Assembly: GCA_902779615.1 (NCBI GenBank)
Contig: CACZCM010000002.1
Location: 1 to 52,202, forward strand
Source: an uncultured Ruminococcus sp.
GTDB taxonomy: Bacteria; Bacillota; Clostridia; Oscillospirales; Acutalibacteraceae
DNA length: 52,202 nt
Reading direction: 5' to 3'
Both the position numbers and the translations under genes were made by a program. Position 1 is the first letter of the stretch. Each line of letters opens with the position of its first letter. Shown one piece after another: positions 29,907 through 38,526 of this stretch. The notes beneath the pieces were generated by a model. It made no database searches and had not been told where the DNA came from. It worked only from the letters and a program-made list of their open reading frames with translations.

Positions 29907-30257
29907 ATGGATGCATTGAAGTTGATCGCAGCCGATTCCGTTAAGAAGGAAGTTCCTTCGTTTGAGGTCGGCGACACAGTAAGAGTTAGCGTAAACATTC
30001 GCGAGGGTGACAGAGAGAGAATTCAGATGTTCGAGGGCACCGTTATTGCGAAGAAGTCGAGCGGCGTTGCCGAAACATTCACGGTTAGACGTGTTGCTTA
30101 CGGCGTTGGCGTTGAGAGAGTTTTCCCGCTCCACTGCCCGAACGTTAAGGACGTTAAGGTCATCAGACGAGGCAAGGTTAGACGTGCTAAGCTGTATTAT
30201 CTCCGTGACAGAGTTGGTAAGGCTGCCAAGGTTAAGGAGAAAATCGTTAAGGCATAA
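29907..30257 (+). CDS. rplS: 50S ribosomal protein L19
   Basis: [51 protein letters not shown]. Confidence 0.95.
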   Translation: MDALKLIAADSVKKEVPSFEVGDTVRVSVNIREGDRERIQMFEGTVIAKKSSGVAETFTVRRVAYGVGVERVFPLHCPNVKDVKVIRRGKVRRAKLYYLRDRVGKAAKVKEKIVKA

Positions 30258-30272
30258 TTTATTATGCCATCA

Positions 30273-30302
30273 AAAGAGAGGTCTGTTGATCTCTCTTTTT
30301 TT
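30273..30302 (+). terminator. Rho-independent terminator of rplS
   Basis: aaagagag-gtctgttgat-ctctcttt followed by a T run. Preceded by a second perfect hairpin ggcataat-tt-attatgcc (30251-30268) that includes the stop codon. Confidence 0.7.
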
Positions 30303-30413
30303 ACTCATTAAAAAAACTGTTGTCCTCAAAGTGAAATATTGACATCACTGCGTTTTTCGGGTATAATAACTATAGTAAAAATAATAACCCAAGTTTATGC
30401 GGAGCTGAGATAA

Positions 30414-31157
30414 ATGGATACTCAAATTTTTGATAAGGTAGAAGTACCTAAGAACAGTGAAAGCGAACCGGTCGTTCATGACAGTCGAAACGCTGTTGTA
30501 CAGCATGATATTCCCGATCTTGCAAGTGTTAATAAAAACGATGAGCCGGTGGATATGGAGCTTTCTGAGGACGAGGACGAAACTCCCCGCCGTAAGAAAA
30601 AACGCAAAAAAGCGCCTAAAAAGGACGGCGCGTCTGCTTTTGTTACGAACCTTTTCGACTGGGCCTCTGCGTTTTTGTTCGCCCTTGTGTTTGTTGTTAT
30701 AATAATGACGTTCTGCTTCCGTTTGGTCGATGTTGACGGCGATTCGATGCTTCAGACGCTCCAGAATGAAAATAAAATAATCGTAACAGGTCTGAATTAT
30801 GATCCCGAGGTCGGCGATATTGTTGTTATCAGTCATGGTGTAGAGCTTGACAAGGCTCTCGTTAAGCGTGTTATTGCCGTGGGCGGTCAGACTGTGGATA
30901 TCAATTCCGACACGGGCGAGGTCATAGTAGACGGAATCGTTATCGATGAGCCGTATATCAACGGCAAAACAACTGCGATCGGCGATGTGAAGTTCCCTGT
31001 GGAGGTCGATGAGGGAACGGTATTTGTGCTCGGCGACAACAGACCTATCTCGAAGGACAGCCGTTTCAGCGATGTAGGAATGATCCCGACTGACGCCATC
31101 ATCGGTAAGGTGCGTTTTCGTGTGCTGCCGGTAGATGAGTTCGGTAAAGTGGAATAA
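30414..31157 (+). CDS. lepB: Signal peptidase I with ~85-aa charged N-terminal extension
   Basis: GDSMLQTL (catalytic Ser box), VKRVIAVGGQTV, VFVLGDNRPISKDSR. Confidence 0.85.
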   Translation: MDTQIFDKVEVPKNSESEPVVHDSRNAVVQHDIPDLASVNKNDEPVDMELSEDEDETPRRKKKRKKAPKKDGASAFVTNLFDWASAFLFALVFVVIIMTFCFRLVDVDGDSMLQTLQNENKIIVTGLNYDPEVGDIVVISHGVELDKALVKRVIAVGGQTVDINSDTGEVIVDGIVIDEPYINGKTTAIGDVKFPVEVDEGTVFVLGDNRPISKDSRFSDVGMIPTDAIIGKVRFRVLPVDEFGKVE

Positions 31158-31214
31158 TTAATGGGCGCTTTGATTTGCTATGGGATTTTTTCCTGTGGTA
31201 TGAGTGCTTATGTG

Positions 31215-31252
31215 TACGCCTAAGCGTAGTTGGCTTAGGCGTATATTTATAT
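31215..31252 (+). terminator. Rho-independent terminator of lepB
   Basis: 11-bp perfect stem tacgcctaagc / gcttaggcgta with a 7-nt loop, then tatttatat. Confidence 0.65.
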
Positions 31253-31276
31253 TTGAATATATTATGGTGAATAAAT

Positions 31277-32353
31277 ATGAAAAACAGTAAATTAGGCAAT
31301 AAAAAGGTCATCAAAGGCAAGCGTGAACGCTACAAGAAGGATGCTGAGCGCAGATACGGCGCAAAAACGAAGCCGGGCACGCCGAAAGCGCCCTCTCAGG
31401 CAAAAATTCAGCACAAAGAGGCGCGCCGAAGACGGCGGGAGAGTGCTCCTGTCACCAATGCTGCTCGCAGCGAGAATTCGCAGTATATCCAGTGGTTTCC
31501 CGGTCACATGACGAGAACTAAGAGAAAGATCCAGGCCGATCTGAAACTCGTGGACGCAGTAGCTGAGATCATTGACGCCAGAGTGCCCCTCTCCAGCAGA
31601 AATCCCGATTTGCCGTCGATGGTGGGCAATAAGCCGAGAGTTATTCTCATGAATAAATGCGACCTTGCAGACCCTATAATCACTCGCCGCTGGGCGCAGT
31701 ATTTTAAGGAACAAGGTATTAAGGCGATCGAACTAAACTGCAAGACGGGCAGCGGTATCAATAATTTTACAGCGGCGGTGCGTGAGGTGCTTGCCGATAA
31801 AATCGAAGCGTGGGCGGCAAAGGGCATGGTGAATCGTCCGCTGAGGGTGATGGTGGTGGGTATACCGAATGTTGGAAAATCCACTTTCATCAACAGGATC
31901 TCGAAGACTTCAAAGGCAAAAACCGAGGACCGTCCCGGCGTAACGAGAGGCAACCAGTGGTTCACATTAAGCTATGGCGGCGTTAATATTGATCTGCTTG
32001 ATACGCCGGGTGTGTTGTGGCCGAGGTTTGACGATCAGCAGGTGGGCGAGCGGCTGGCGTTTACGGGCGCAGTGAAAGACGATGTTACCGATTCGCAGCA
32101 GTTGGCTCTGCGCCTTCTGGAATTTTTTAAGACATCGCCAACACAGGTCTTCTGCGAAAGATTTGGCCTTACATTTGAGGATATATCCGATAAAACATCA
32201 TTTGAGCTGCTGGACATGATCGCAAAGAAACGTGGAATGCTGATCTCGGGCGGCGAAGCGGATACGGAGCGTGCGGCGATAATGCTGCTTGACGAATTCC
32301 GTGAAGCAAAGCTTGGGCGTATCACACTTGACGAACTGCCCGAACAGCGATAG
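31277..32353 (+). CDS. rbgA: Ribosome biogenesis GTPase A (YlqF/RbgA) with ~70-aa Lys/Arg-rich N-terminal extension
   Basis: IQWFPGHMTRTKR, circularly permuted GTPase order MNKCDL .. GIPNVGKSTFIN .. DTPG. No in-frame Met closer to the conserved core. Confidence 0.85.
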   Translation: MKNSKLGNKKVIKGKRERYKKDAERRYGAKTKPGTPKAPSQAKIQHKEARRRRRESAPVTNAARSENSQYIQWFPGHMTRTKRKIQADLKLVDAVAEIIDARVPLSSRNPDLPSMVGNKPRVILMNKCDLADPIITRRWAQYFKEQGIKAIELNCKTGSGINNFTAAVREVLADKIEAWAAKGMVNRPLRVMVVGIPNVGKSTFINRISKTSKAKTEDRPGVTRGNQWFTLSYGGVNIDLLDTPGVLWPRFDDQQVGERLAFTGAVKDDVTDSQQLALRLLEFFKTSPTQVFCERFGLTFEDISDKTSFELLDMIAKKRGMLISGGEADTERAAIMLLDEFREAKLGRITLDELPEQR

Positions 32354-32382
32354 TTGATACTATAATAACAAGGAGAATTGAT

Positions 32383-32994
32383 TTGAACTGGCTTGAATTT
32401 GAGAATAAAGCGTATTCCGAGGGAAGACTTGCGGTGTGTGGGATCGATGAAGCCGGACGAGGACCGCTGGCGGGTCCTGTGTGCGCCGCTGCCGTTGTGC
32501 TGCCGAGAGGTCTTGTGATCGAGGGTGTAAACGATTCGAAGAGGCTTAGCGAGAAGAAGCGTGAAAAGCTTTTTGACATTATAATCGAAAAAAGTACTGC
32601 GCATTGCATAGCATGGGCGAGCGTTGAGGAGATCGAAGCGATGAACATTCTGAATGCTGCTATGCTTGCGATGAAGCGAGCTTGCGAGGGGCTTGATCCG
32701 GCTGCGGATTATGCGATAATTGACGGCAACAAAACGCCTGATCTGTCCATTGAGTGTGAAGCGGTTGTGAAGGGCGACGCGAGGAGTATGTCGGTTGCTG
32801 CGGCGTCCATACTGGCGAAGGTTAGCCGTGACAGACTTATGCTCGAATACGCAGAAAAATACCCGCAGTACGGATTCGAGAAGCACAAGGGCTACGGCAC
32901 GAAGGCGCACTGCGAGGCGATACTGAAATATGGCGAAACACCGATACACCGCCCGTCGTTTTTGAGGAAACTGTATGACAAAGCCGGCAAGTGA
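32383..32994 (+). CDS. rnhB: Ribonuclease HII
   Basis: TTG start 7 nt after AAGGAG. GIDEAGRGPLAGPV, DSKRLSEKKRE, IIDGN, ASILAKVSRD, KGYGT. Confidence 0.9.
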   Translation: MNWLEFENKAYSEGRLAVCGIDEAGRGPLAGPVCAAAVVLPRGLVIEGVNDSKRLSEKKREKLFDIIIEKSTAHCIAWASVEEIEAMNILNAAMLAMKRACEGLDPAADYAIIDGNKTPDLSIECEAVVKGDARSMSVAAASILAKVSRDRLMLEYAEKYPQYGFEKHKGYGTKAHCEAILKYGETPIHRPSFLRKLYDKAGK

Positions 32995-33379
32995 TAGAGA
33001 ATTTCGCATCGGCAGCCGAGGAAAGGCGGGGGAGAGGTATGTTTGCGAATACCTTGAAAAACGAGGCTGTGTTATATGCGAATCGAATTACAGAAAACGT
33101 TACGGAGAGATAGATATAATTGCCGAGAACGAGGCGCGGCTTATATTTGTTGAGGTGAAGACGAGAACGAAACACTCGATGGTGAGCGGTTTTGAGAGCA
33201 TCACTCCCTCGAAGGTGAAGAAAATAGTGAAGACCGCGGCGGCGTATCTGGCAGAACGTCCTACGAAAAAGCAGATACGTTTTGACTGCGCGCAGGTGAT
33301 CGTTGAAGAGAAAACGAACGCTTTGATACGTATTGATTACATAAAAAATGCCGTAGAAGAAGCGATGTATTGTTTGTAA
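32975..33379 (+). CDS. yraN: YraN-family (UPF0102) endonuclease-like protein
   Basis: GEIDIIAENEARLIFVEVKTRT motif. Overlaps the rnhB 3' end by 20 nt. Classical rnhB-yraN synteny. Confidence 0.8.
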   Translation: MTKPASDREFRIGSRGKAGERYVCEYLEKRGCVICESNYRKRYGEIDIIAENEARLIFVEVKTRTKHSMVSGFESITPSKVKKIVKTAAAYLAERPTKKQIRFDCAQVIVEEKTNALIRIDYIKNAVEEAMYCL

Positions 33380-33395
33380 AGGAGTGTGAGTCAAT

Positions 33396-34532
33396 ATGGA
33401 CAGAGAGACGAAAGATAATGGCGAGAAAAAGAAAACATTTTTCGCAGCACCCATTTTTATTGTCGTTTGTATTATTATCGGTTTTTTCGGAGGCACGTTA
33501 TTTGGAAAGCTGACAGAAGGCAGCAATTTTGAAGCTGTAGATATAGTAGTTTTGCTCATAATTGCGTTGGTATCGTTTTATGCAACAATAATTATTCATG
33601 AATGCGGACATCTTGTTATGGGAATGTGTACGGGGTACAAGTTTGTGTCGTTCAGAGTAGGCTCTCTGATGATAGCGGATGAAAACGGCAGGCTTGTAAG
33701 AAAAAAGTTTTCGATCCCCGGAACTGCCGGGCAGTGCATTATGACGCATGATCTTGTAAGAGATCCGAGTGAGATAAAGTTTTTTTGGTACCATTTTGGC
33801 GGTGTATTCTTTAATATAATAACAGCGCTGTTGTTCGGCAGCGCTGCAGCATTTATGGGCGAAGGCCTGCTTCGTATGATTTTCATTGTATTTGCGTCAA
33901 TATCGCTGATACAGGGAATACTGAATATTATCCCTATGAACGCAAGCGTGCCGAATGATGGCATGAATATTTTGGTGCAGTATAAATCACCCGAAAAACG
34001 TGTCGTTATGGCAAATATTTTAGCAGCTAACGGACTTATGCACAAGGGCATTAGTCCAGCCGATCTGCCCGATGAATACCTGATAACGGCAGATGAGAAC
34101 GGAGATTCGCCGTTCTGCGATTTGTGTATTCTGAAGGCGATGAATCTAATGTACAAGCACGATCATGAGGCGGCGGAGCGTATGTTCACATCGCTGTCGG
34201 AGAACAGCAAGATGGCGGAGATCCAGCGAAACGAATGCAGATGCGATCTGCTTTACTGTATGATAATGCTTCAGCGTGACAAGGCGGAGATCGAAAAGCT
34301 TTACTCCGAAATGAAGAATTACATAAAACAAATGGAGAAGTATGCTGTCGGGCGGCATAGGCTGATGTATGCGTATTACAAGCTTGTTCAAAATGACGAT
34401 CAAAAGGCACAGGCGGAGCTTGCAGCTGCCGAGAAAATGGCGGATACCTACCCGCTCCGAAGTGAGTTTGAGGAGGAAATGAAGCTTATTAAGTACATAG
34501 ATGCTGTAAGTAAACATGGGGTCACTGAATAG
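33396..34532 (+). CDS. Site-2-protease-like (M50) membrane metalloprotease with C-terminal helical-repeat domain
   Basis: HExxH within a TM helix (IIIHECGHLVMG) and LNIIPMNASVPNDG (NxxPxxxxDG-like) motif. Several TM segments. Soluble helical C-terminus. Confidence 0.6.
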   Translation: MDRETKDNGEKKKTFFAAPIFIVVCIIIGFFGGTLFGKLTEGSNFEAVDIVVLLIIALVSFYATIIIHECGHLVMGMCTGYKFVSFRVGSLMIADENGRLVRKKFSIPGTAGQCIMTHDLVRDPSEIKFFWYHFGGVFFNIITALLFGSAAAFMGEGLLRMIFIVFASISLIQGILNIIPMNASVPNDGMNILVQYKSPEKRVVMANILAANGLMHKGISPADLPDEYLITADENGDSPFCDLCILKAMNLMYKHDHEAAERMFTSLSENSKMAEIQRNECRCDLLYCMIMLQRDKAEIEKLYSEMKNYIKQMEKYAVGRHRLMYAYYKLVQNDDQKAQAELAAAEKMADTYPLRSEFEEEMKLIKYIDAVSKHGVTE

Positions 34533-34564
34533 ATCACGATCCGTGAATCATGCAGCTAAAGGAA

Positions 34565-34589
34565 GTGCCTCTGTCCCGCAAAGGCGACG
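34565..34589. repeat. Isolated copy of the terminal module of the repeat family
   Basis: gtgcctctgtcccgcaaaggcgacg versus gtgccctcgccgcaccaaggcgacg at 25032-25056 (about 19/25). Confidence 0.5.
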
Positions 34590-34645
34590 TAAGTACTTTA
34601 CTGTATAACAATTCTATAGTAAATAATCAAATATTATTATACAAA

Positions 34646-34676
34646 CAAAAACAGACCGCCGAGGCGGTCCGTTTTT
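34646..34676. terminator. Bidirectional rho-independent terminator
   Basis: aaaaaca-GACCGCC-gag-GCGGTC-cgttttt between convergent genes. Confidence 0.75.
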
Positions 34677-34721
34677 GGGTCTAACATCTAACATCAAAAT
34701 TACAAGGAAACAGCTAAATAA

Positions 34722-34988
34722 TTATTCAACAACTGCGTCGCCTGTATCGCCGAGCAGGTTGAATCTGAACAGCTTACGCTCATCTTCCGGATTCTCCGCA
34801 ATGATGTAAGCCTCTGCGATCTTACCGCCTTCAATAAGCTGTGTCAAGCCAACCAGCTGGCAAAGCTTACTTCTGAGGTTGAGGTGATCGCCCTCCTTTG
34901 TTACCAAGAATACGTTACCTTCGCAAGTGTCAAGCACGGCAAGGAACTTAGTAACGTCAACGTCATGTAATTCAAGAATAGGTGACAT
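34722..34988 (-). CDS. Small conserved hypothetical protein (88 aa)
   Basis: AGGAGG RBS 7 nt upstream, consensus promoter, own terminator. No family assigned with confidence. Confidence 0.6.
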   Translation of the reverse strand: MSPILELHDVDVTKFLAVLDTCEGNVFLVTKEGDHLNLRSKLCQLVGLTQLIEGGKIAEAYIIAENPEDERKLFRFNLLGDTGDAVVE

Positions 34989-35092
34989 ATTTATTCCTCC
35001 TTTAAAACTTTCGTGCCTACTTTGATTTTCTTCTCATTTCGGAAATACTGCAGGTTGTTTGGTTTTTTCTTGTTCCCTCAACCTGTGATTTT

Positions 35093-35120
35093 ATTATATC
35101 ACAAATTTTGTAAATGTCAA
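35093..35120 (-). promoter_or_regulatory. Consensus SigA promoter for the 88-aa ORF
   Basis: On the minus strand: TTGACA, 16 nt, TGaTATAAT. The leader contains hairpin caggttg..21 nt..caacctg. Confidence 0.7.
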
Positions 35121-35598
35121 CAAAAACTTGAAAAATAATTTGTGCAAGTGCAATATTCGCTTGTTAAATATCGATAAATTAAAGGTGTAAAAATTGTGCA
35201 ACACTGACAAAGATAATTCGAATTTAGAAAATAAGGTTACAAACAAAATCGATGGTTTTATGAATAAACTAAAAAATAAAATTTAAGAAAATGACAGTTT
35301 TGTTGCTTTTGCCGTTTTTTAAAAAAAGCCTTTAAAACAATTTTTTTGAATAAATACAGCGTCTGGGGACTTGCTATCGAAAAAATAACCGAAATGAGCC
35401 ATTGGGCTGCGTATTCTGTTTTCATTATAAGTGATAAACCCAGAGGAGCTGTCATTCGTTTCTATTGGGGGCAGGTTCCATCTCACGTTCGGCAGGGGTA
35501 TAAACAAAATGCCGTTAACTTAAGTATCGATAGAGAACAGCACAAATTCTTTTCCAAGCTTTTTTCAACGGGATCTAAAGGTGATGGGATGGAGTAAC

Positions 35599-35669
35599 GC
35601 TCGCCGGAGAAATGCATCTGCCCCTAGGCTGCGGCTGGCACCAAGCCGATATCGCCTCCCAAGGCGACG
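35599..35669. repeat. Degenerate copy of two modules of the repeat family
   Basis: gctcgccggagaaatgcatctg (compare gcccgccggaggcatgcttca) and ggcaccaagccgatatcgcctcccaaggcgacg (compare gcaccaaagccccctcgccgctccaaggcgac at 28220-28251). Confidence 0.5.
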
Positions 35670-35781
35670 ATAAAGTATTAAGATATGGATCCGCTGCTGA
35701 ACGTACAAGCCTAAGGAACGTTCTATGCTCGTTGAAAGCATAGGTTTTAATACAGTGCTTACAGCACATATACAGTATATC

Positions 35782-35816
35782 AAAAAAGCCCGAAAGAACA
35801 ACATAGTTTTCGGGCT
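35782..35816 (-). terminator. Rho-independent terminator of the phoH-ybeY operon
   Basis: On the minus strand: agcccgaaa-actatgttgttc-tttcgggct followed by tttttt. Confidence 0.8.
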
Positions 35817-35859
35817 TGTATGCTATATTGCAGCATTTTGAAGAATCATAATTGGGAGA

Positions 35860-36363
35860 TCATTCTTCGTCAATAACATATGAAGATGAAGCGGGCAGAC
35901 CCAGCTGCTCCATAACAAGCTCTTCTTTTTCACGCATATGGACTTTTTCGAGCCCTGTTTCGTGGTCATAACCCAGAAGATGCAGAACAGAGTGCGCTGT
36001 CAGATATGCCACCTCACGCTGGATAGAGTGGCCGTAAAGCGCAGCCTGGTCTTTGGCTTTCTCCATAGATATCACAACGTCGCCCAGCATTTTTGCGCCT
36101 GTTTCGGGGTCAACGTCATATTCATTGTTTTCGCCAAGAGGAAACGAGAGCACATCCGTAGCCGAATCGATATTTCGGTACTGCTTGTTAAGCTTGTGGA
36201 TCTCTTCGTTATCAACAAATGTAACGCTGACCTCTGCCGAGCCTTCAAACTTTTCAAGCTTGAGAACAGCATTGCAGCAGCGGCGGACAAGCATTCGCAT
36301 GCCGGTGGGAATTTTGATCTTCTTCTGCTTATTGGTGATTACCACCCGGATTTTGTTAGTCAT
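35860..36363 (-). CDS. ybeY: rRNA maturation endoribonuclease YbeY
   Basis: HSVLHLLGYDH zinc motif. ATGA overlap with phoH. Confidence 0.9.
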   Translation of the reverse strand: MTNKIRVVITNKQKKIKIPTGMRMLVRRCCNAVLKLEKFEGSAEVSVTFVDNEEIHKLNKQYRNIDSATDVLSFPLGENNEYDVDPETGAKMLGDVVISMEKAKDQAALYGHSIQREVAYLTAHSVLHLLGYDHETGLEKVHMREKEELVMEQLGLPASSSYVIDEE

Positions 36364-37280
36364 TTGTTCTTTCTTACCTCCTCTAGTTTTGCGTAGGCCT
36401 TAATTATGTCTTGTACAAGGCGATGTCTGACGACATCTTTTTCGTTAAAGGTGACCTGAGCGATATCGTTAATATTTTTCAGTACCTTCATACATTCCTT
36501 GAGGCCGCTGCGGCTGCCGCCGGGCAGATCGATTTGAGTGATATCTCCCGTGATGACCATTTTAGAATTGAATCCGAGTCTGGTCAGGAACATTTTCATC
36601 TGCTCGCCGGTAGTGTTTTGTGCTTCATCGAGAATTATGAAGCTGTCGTCAAGCGTTCTGCCTCTCATGTATGCAAGCGGCGCAACCTCGATGCTGCCCC
36701 GATCGACATAGCGCTGATAGGTTTCTGCGCCCAACATATCGAACAATGCGTCATACAACGGACGCAGATAAGGATCGACTTTGCTTTGAAGGTCGCCCGG
36801 CAGGAAGCCCAGCTTTTCTCCCGCTTCAACGGCGGGGCGGGTCAGAATTATGCGGTTTACCTCGTGAGCGCGAAAAGCCGTTACCGCAAGCGCCACGGCG
36901 AGGTAGGTTTTGCCTGTGCCTGCAGGGCCGACGCCGATCGTTATCGTGTTGTTTTTGATGGCGTCACAGTAACGCTTTTGGCCGATTGTTTTCGGCTTAA
37001 CGGGCTTGCCCTTGGAGCTGACGCAGATGCAGTCACCCGATAAAGCCGCAAGCTTGCTTTCGCTGCCCTCGTTGACGAGCGAGATGCAGTAGCGCACGTT
37101 CTGCTCGTTCAGGGTTTCGCCTTTATTGATGAGCAAAAGCAGGCTTTCGATCACCTTTGATGCAAGCAAAACCGACTCAGGCTCTCCGCAGACCTTAAGC
37201 TGCGATCCTCTCATTACAACGTCAACGTCATAAGCTTTTTCGACGAGCTTTATGTTTTCATCGAAGCTGCCGAAAAGCAT
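36360..37280 (-). CDS. phoH: PhoH-family ATPase
   Basis: Walker A GPAGTGKTYLAVA, Walker B FIILDEAQN. ATG 37280 lacks an RBS and the frame is open 19 codons further upstream, so the 5' end is uncertain. Confidence 0.85.
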   Translation of the reverse strand: MLFGSFDENIKLVEKAYDVDVVMRGSQLKVCGEPESVLLASKVIESLLLLINKGETLNEQNVRYCISLVNEGSESKLAALSGDCICVSSKGKPVKPKTIGQKRYCDAIKNNTITIGVGPAGTGKTYLAVALAVTAFRAHEVNRIILTRPAVEAGEKLGFLPGDLQSKVDPYLRPLYDALFDMLGAETYQRYVDRGSIEVAPLAYMRGRTLDDSFIILDEAQNTTGEQMKMFLTRLGFNSKMVITGDITQIDLPGGSRSGLKECMKVLKNINDIAQVTFNEKDVVRHRLVQDIIKAYAKLEEVRKNK

Positions 37281-37709
37281 TACTGTTTGTTCAAGTCTTT
37301 CAATATTAATGATCTGTTCCGTATTACATCGTTCCCTTCACGATCTGAAATTTTGGCGGTGTACATCAAAAAAGGTACAACTGCCCATAATTTAAATCGT
37401 TTGAAATATATTATAACACATTATTTCCCGAATGTCACTAAAAAACAATAAATTTATTAAGAATTTTGAAATTTTATTAGAAATACACAAACGAATGTTG
37501 CAAAAAGAACAATAATTAACCGTTTTTAATGATAAAACGCCGAATTTTACGTCATTTTGCCGAGTATTGTCTGATCGTAAACGGTTTTGGCTGAATAAAA
37601 AAGGGAGTTTTTTAGGAAAATTTGTCGATGATCGATATTTAGAACGACCTGCTGTGATAAATGGAGTCATATTTGATATATTAAATTTTTAATCTTTTTG
37701 CCTAAAGCG

Positions 37710-37738
37710 GTTGACAAATGGTAAATAATGGTGTAAAA
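37710..37738 (+). promoter_or_regulatory. SigA-type promoter upstream of the AbrB-like gene
   Basis: TTGACA (37710-37715), 17 nt, TAAAAT (37733-37738). Implies a ~205-nt leader. Confidence 0.6.
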
Positions 37739-37951
37739 TGTAGTTACAGTAAGTTTTGGGTTGTTTATGTTATAGTTGCCTGCTTTTATCATATCTGCTT
37801 GTGTTTACTATCCGCCCCTTGAACGGGTAAAACGGGACGATGGATATATTTAGGCAGCAGGTATGAAAGCAATAATAATGATGCCGTAAGAAGACCGGCG
37901 AAAATTTACTGACCTTATTATTAACTAATGCAATGAAACGGAGTGGTCAAA

Positions 37952-38194
37952 ATGAAAAAAACAGGAGATCTTTGTAAGGTGGATTCATTGGGACGGATCG
38001 TTATCCCTGTTAAGCTTCGCAGGAGTCTTGGGCTTGAGGCGAACGTTCCGCTTGAGGTATTTTCAAACGATGACGAGATAATACTCAAGAGGTATATTCC
38101 CGTATGCATTTTCTGCAGCAGCGATGAGGAACTTGTGCCTTACAAATCAAAGTATATATGCAAAAAATGCGCAGACGAATTGAAAGGCGTATGA
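37952..38194 (+). CDS. AbrB/SpoVT-type (SpoVT-AbrB swapped-hairpin) DNA-binding protein with C-terminal CxxC..CxxC zinc-ribbon tail
   Basis: ATG 37952, 8 nt after GGAG. DSLGRIVIPVKLRRSLGL..EIILKRY is the AbrB N-domain signature. C-terminus CIFCSS...CKKC. Confidence 0.8.
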   Translation: MKKTGDLCKVDSLGRIVIPVKLRRSLGLEANVPLEVFSNDDEIILKRYIPVCIFCSSDEELVPYKSKYICKKCADELKGV

Positions 38195-38226
38195 TCTGAC
38201 GAACATTATACCTGAGAAAACGGACA

Positions 38227-38272
38227 GCTGACCCGATACGGTTTCGGGCGCTGTCCGTTTTTTATTCGCGAA
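38227..38272 (+). terminator. Rho-independent terminator
   Basis: aaacggacagc ... gctgtccgttt with inner cccga/tcggg pairing, then tttttt. Confidence 0.8.
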
Positions 38273-38365
38273 AAGGGGCTGCATATTAGCGTAAAACAGC
38301 ATAATGTTCAAAAATACACATAAAATTTTGTGAATAATTATCATACAGTATTTTGTTTACACCGA

Positions 38366-38394
38366 TTGAAAATCGATCGAAAAAATGATAAAAT
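38366..38394 (+). promoter_or_regulatory. SigA-type promoter of pullulanase gene 1
   Basis: TTGAAA (38366-38371), 17 nt, TGaTAAAAT (38386-38394). Overlaps inverted repeat tcgatt-gaa-aatcga. Confidence 0.5.
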
Positions 38395-38526
38395 GATAAT
38401 AGTGTATTGCGTGAATGAATGCGCTTTATTTGCTCTGCGCTTTTTCGTGCGTGAAGAGCGGATAAGCTATTGTCCGCTGTTCAGGCATGAAGATAAGTTT
38501 GCTTCATGCGTGATGGAGGAAATAAA

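Noticed and set aside
32035-33009. 324-aa ORF antisense to rbgA/rnhB. Similar long antisense ORFs at 28694-29626, 43902-44852, 2931-3647 and 32837-33559.
   Set aside because: All overlap well-supported sense genes, lack an RBS, and have the skewed composition typical of antisense frames in moderately GC-rich coding DNA.
35346-35597. 83-aa ORF in the ORF-poor region
   Set aside because: TTG start without an RBS, and it runs into repeat-family sequence. Kept only as a possibility under the corresponding finding.
37392-37670. 92-aa minus-strand ORF, and the 38330-38545 71-aa ORF
   Set aside because: Located in AT-rich promoter or leader DNA of neighbouring genes, with no RBS and low-complexity sequence.
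38362-38380. cre-like / LacI-type operator (tcgattgaaaatcgatcga) in the pullulanase 1 promoter
   Set aside because: It contains a 6-bp inverted repeat, but the central CG is out of register with the cre consensus. Too weak to call without a matrix search.
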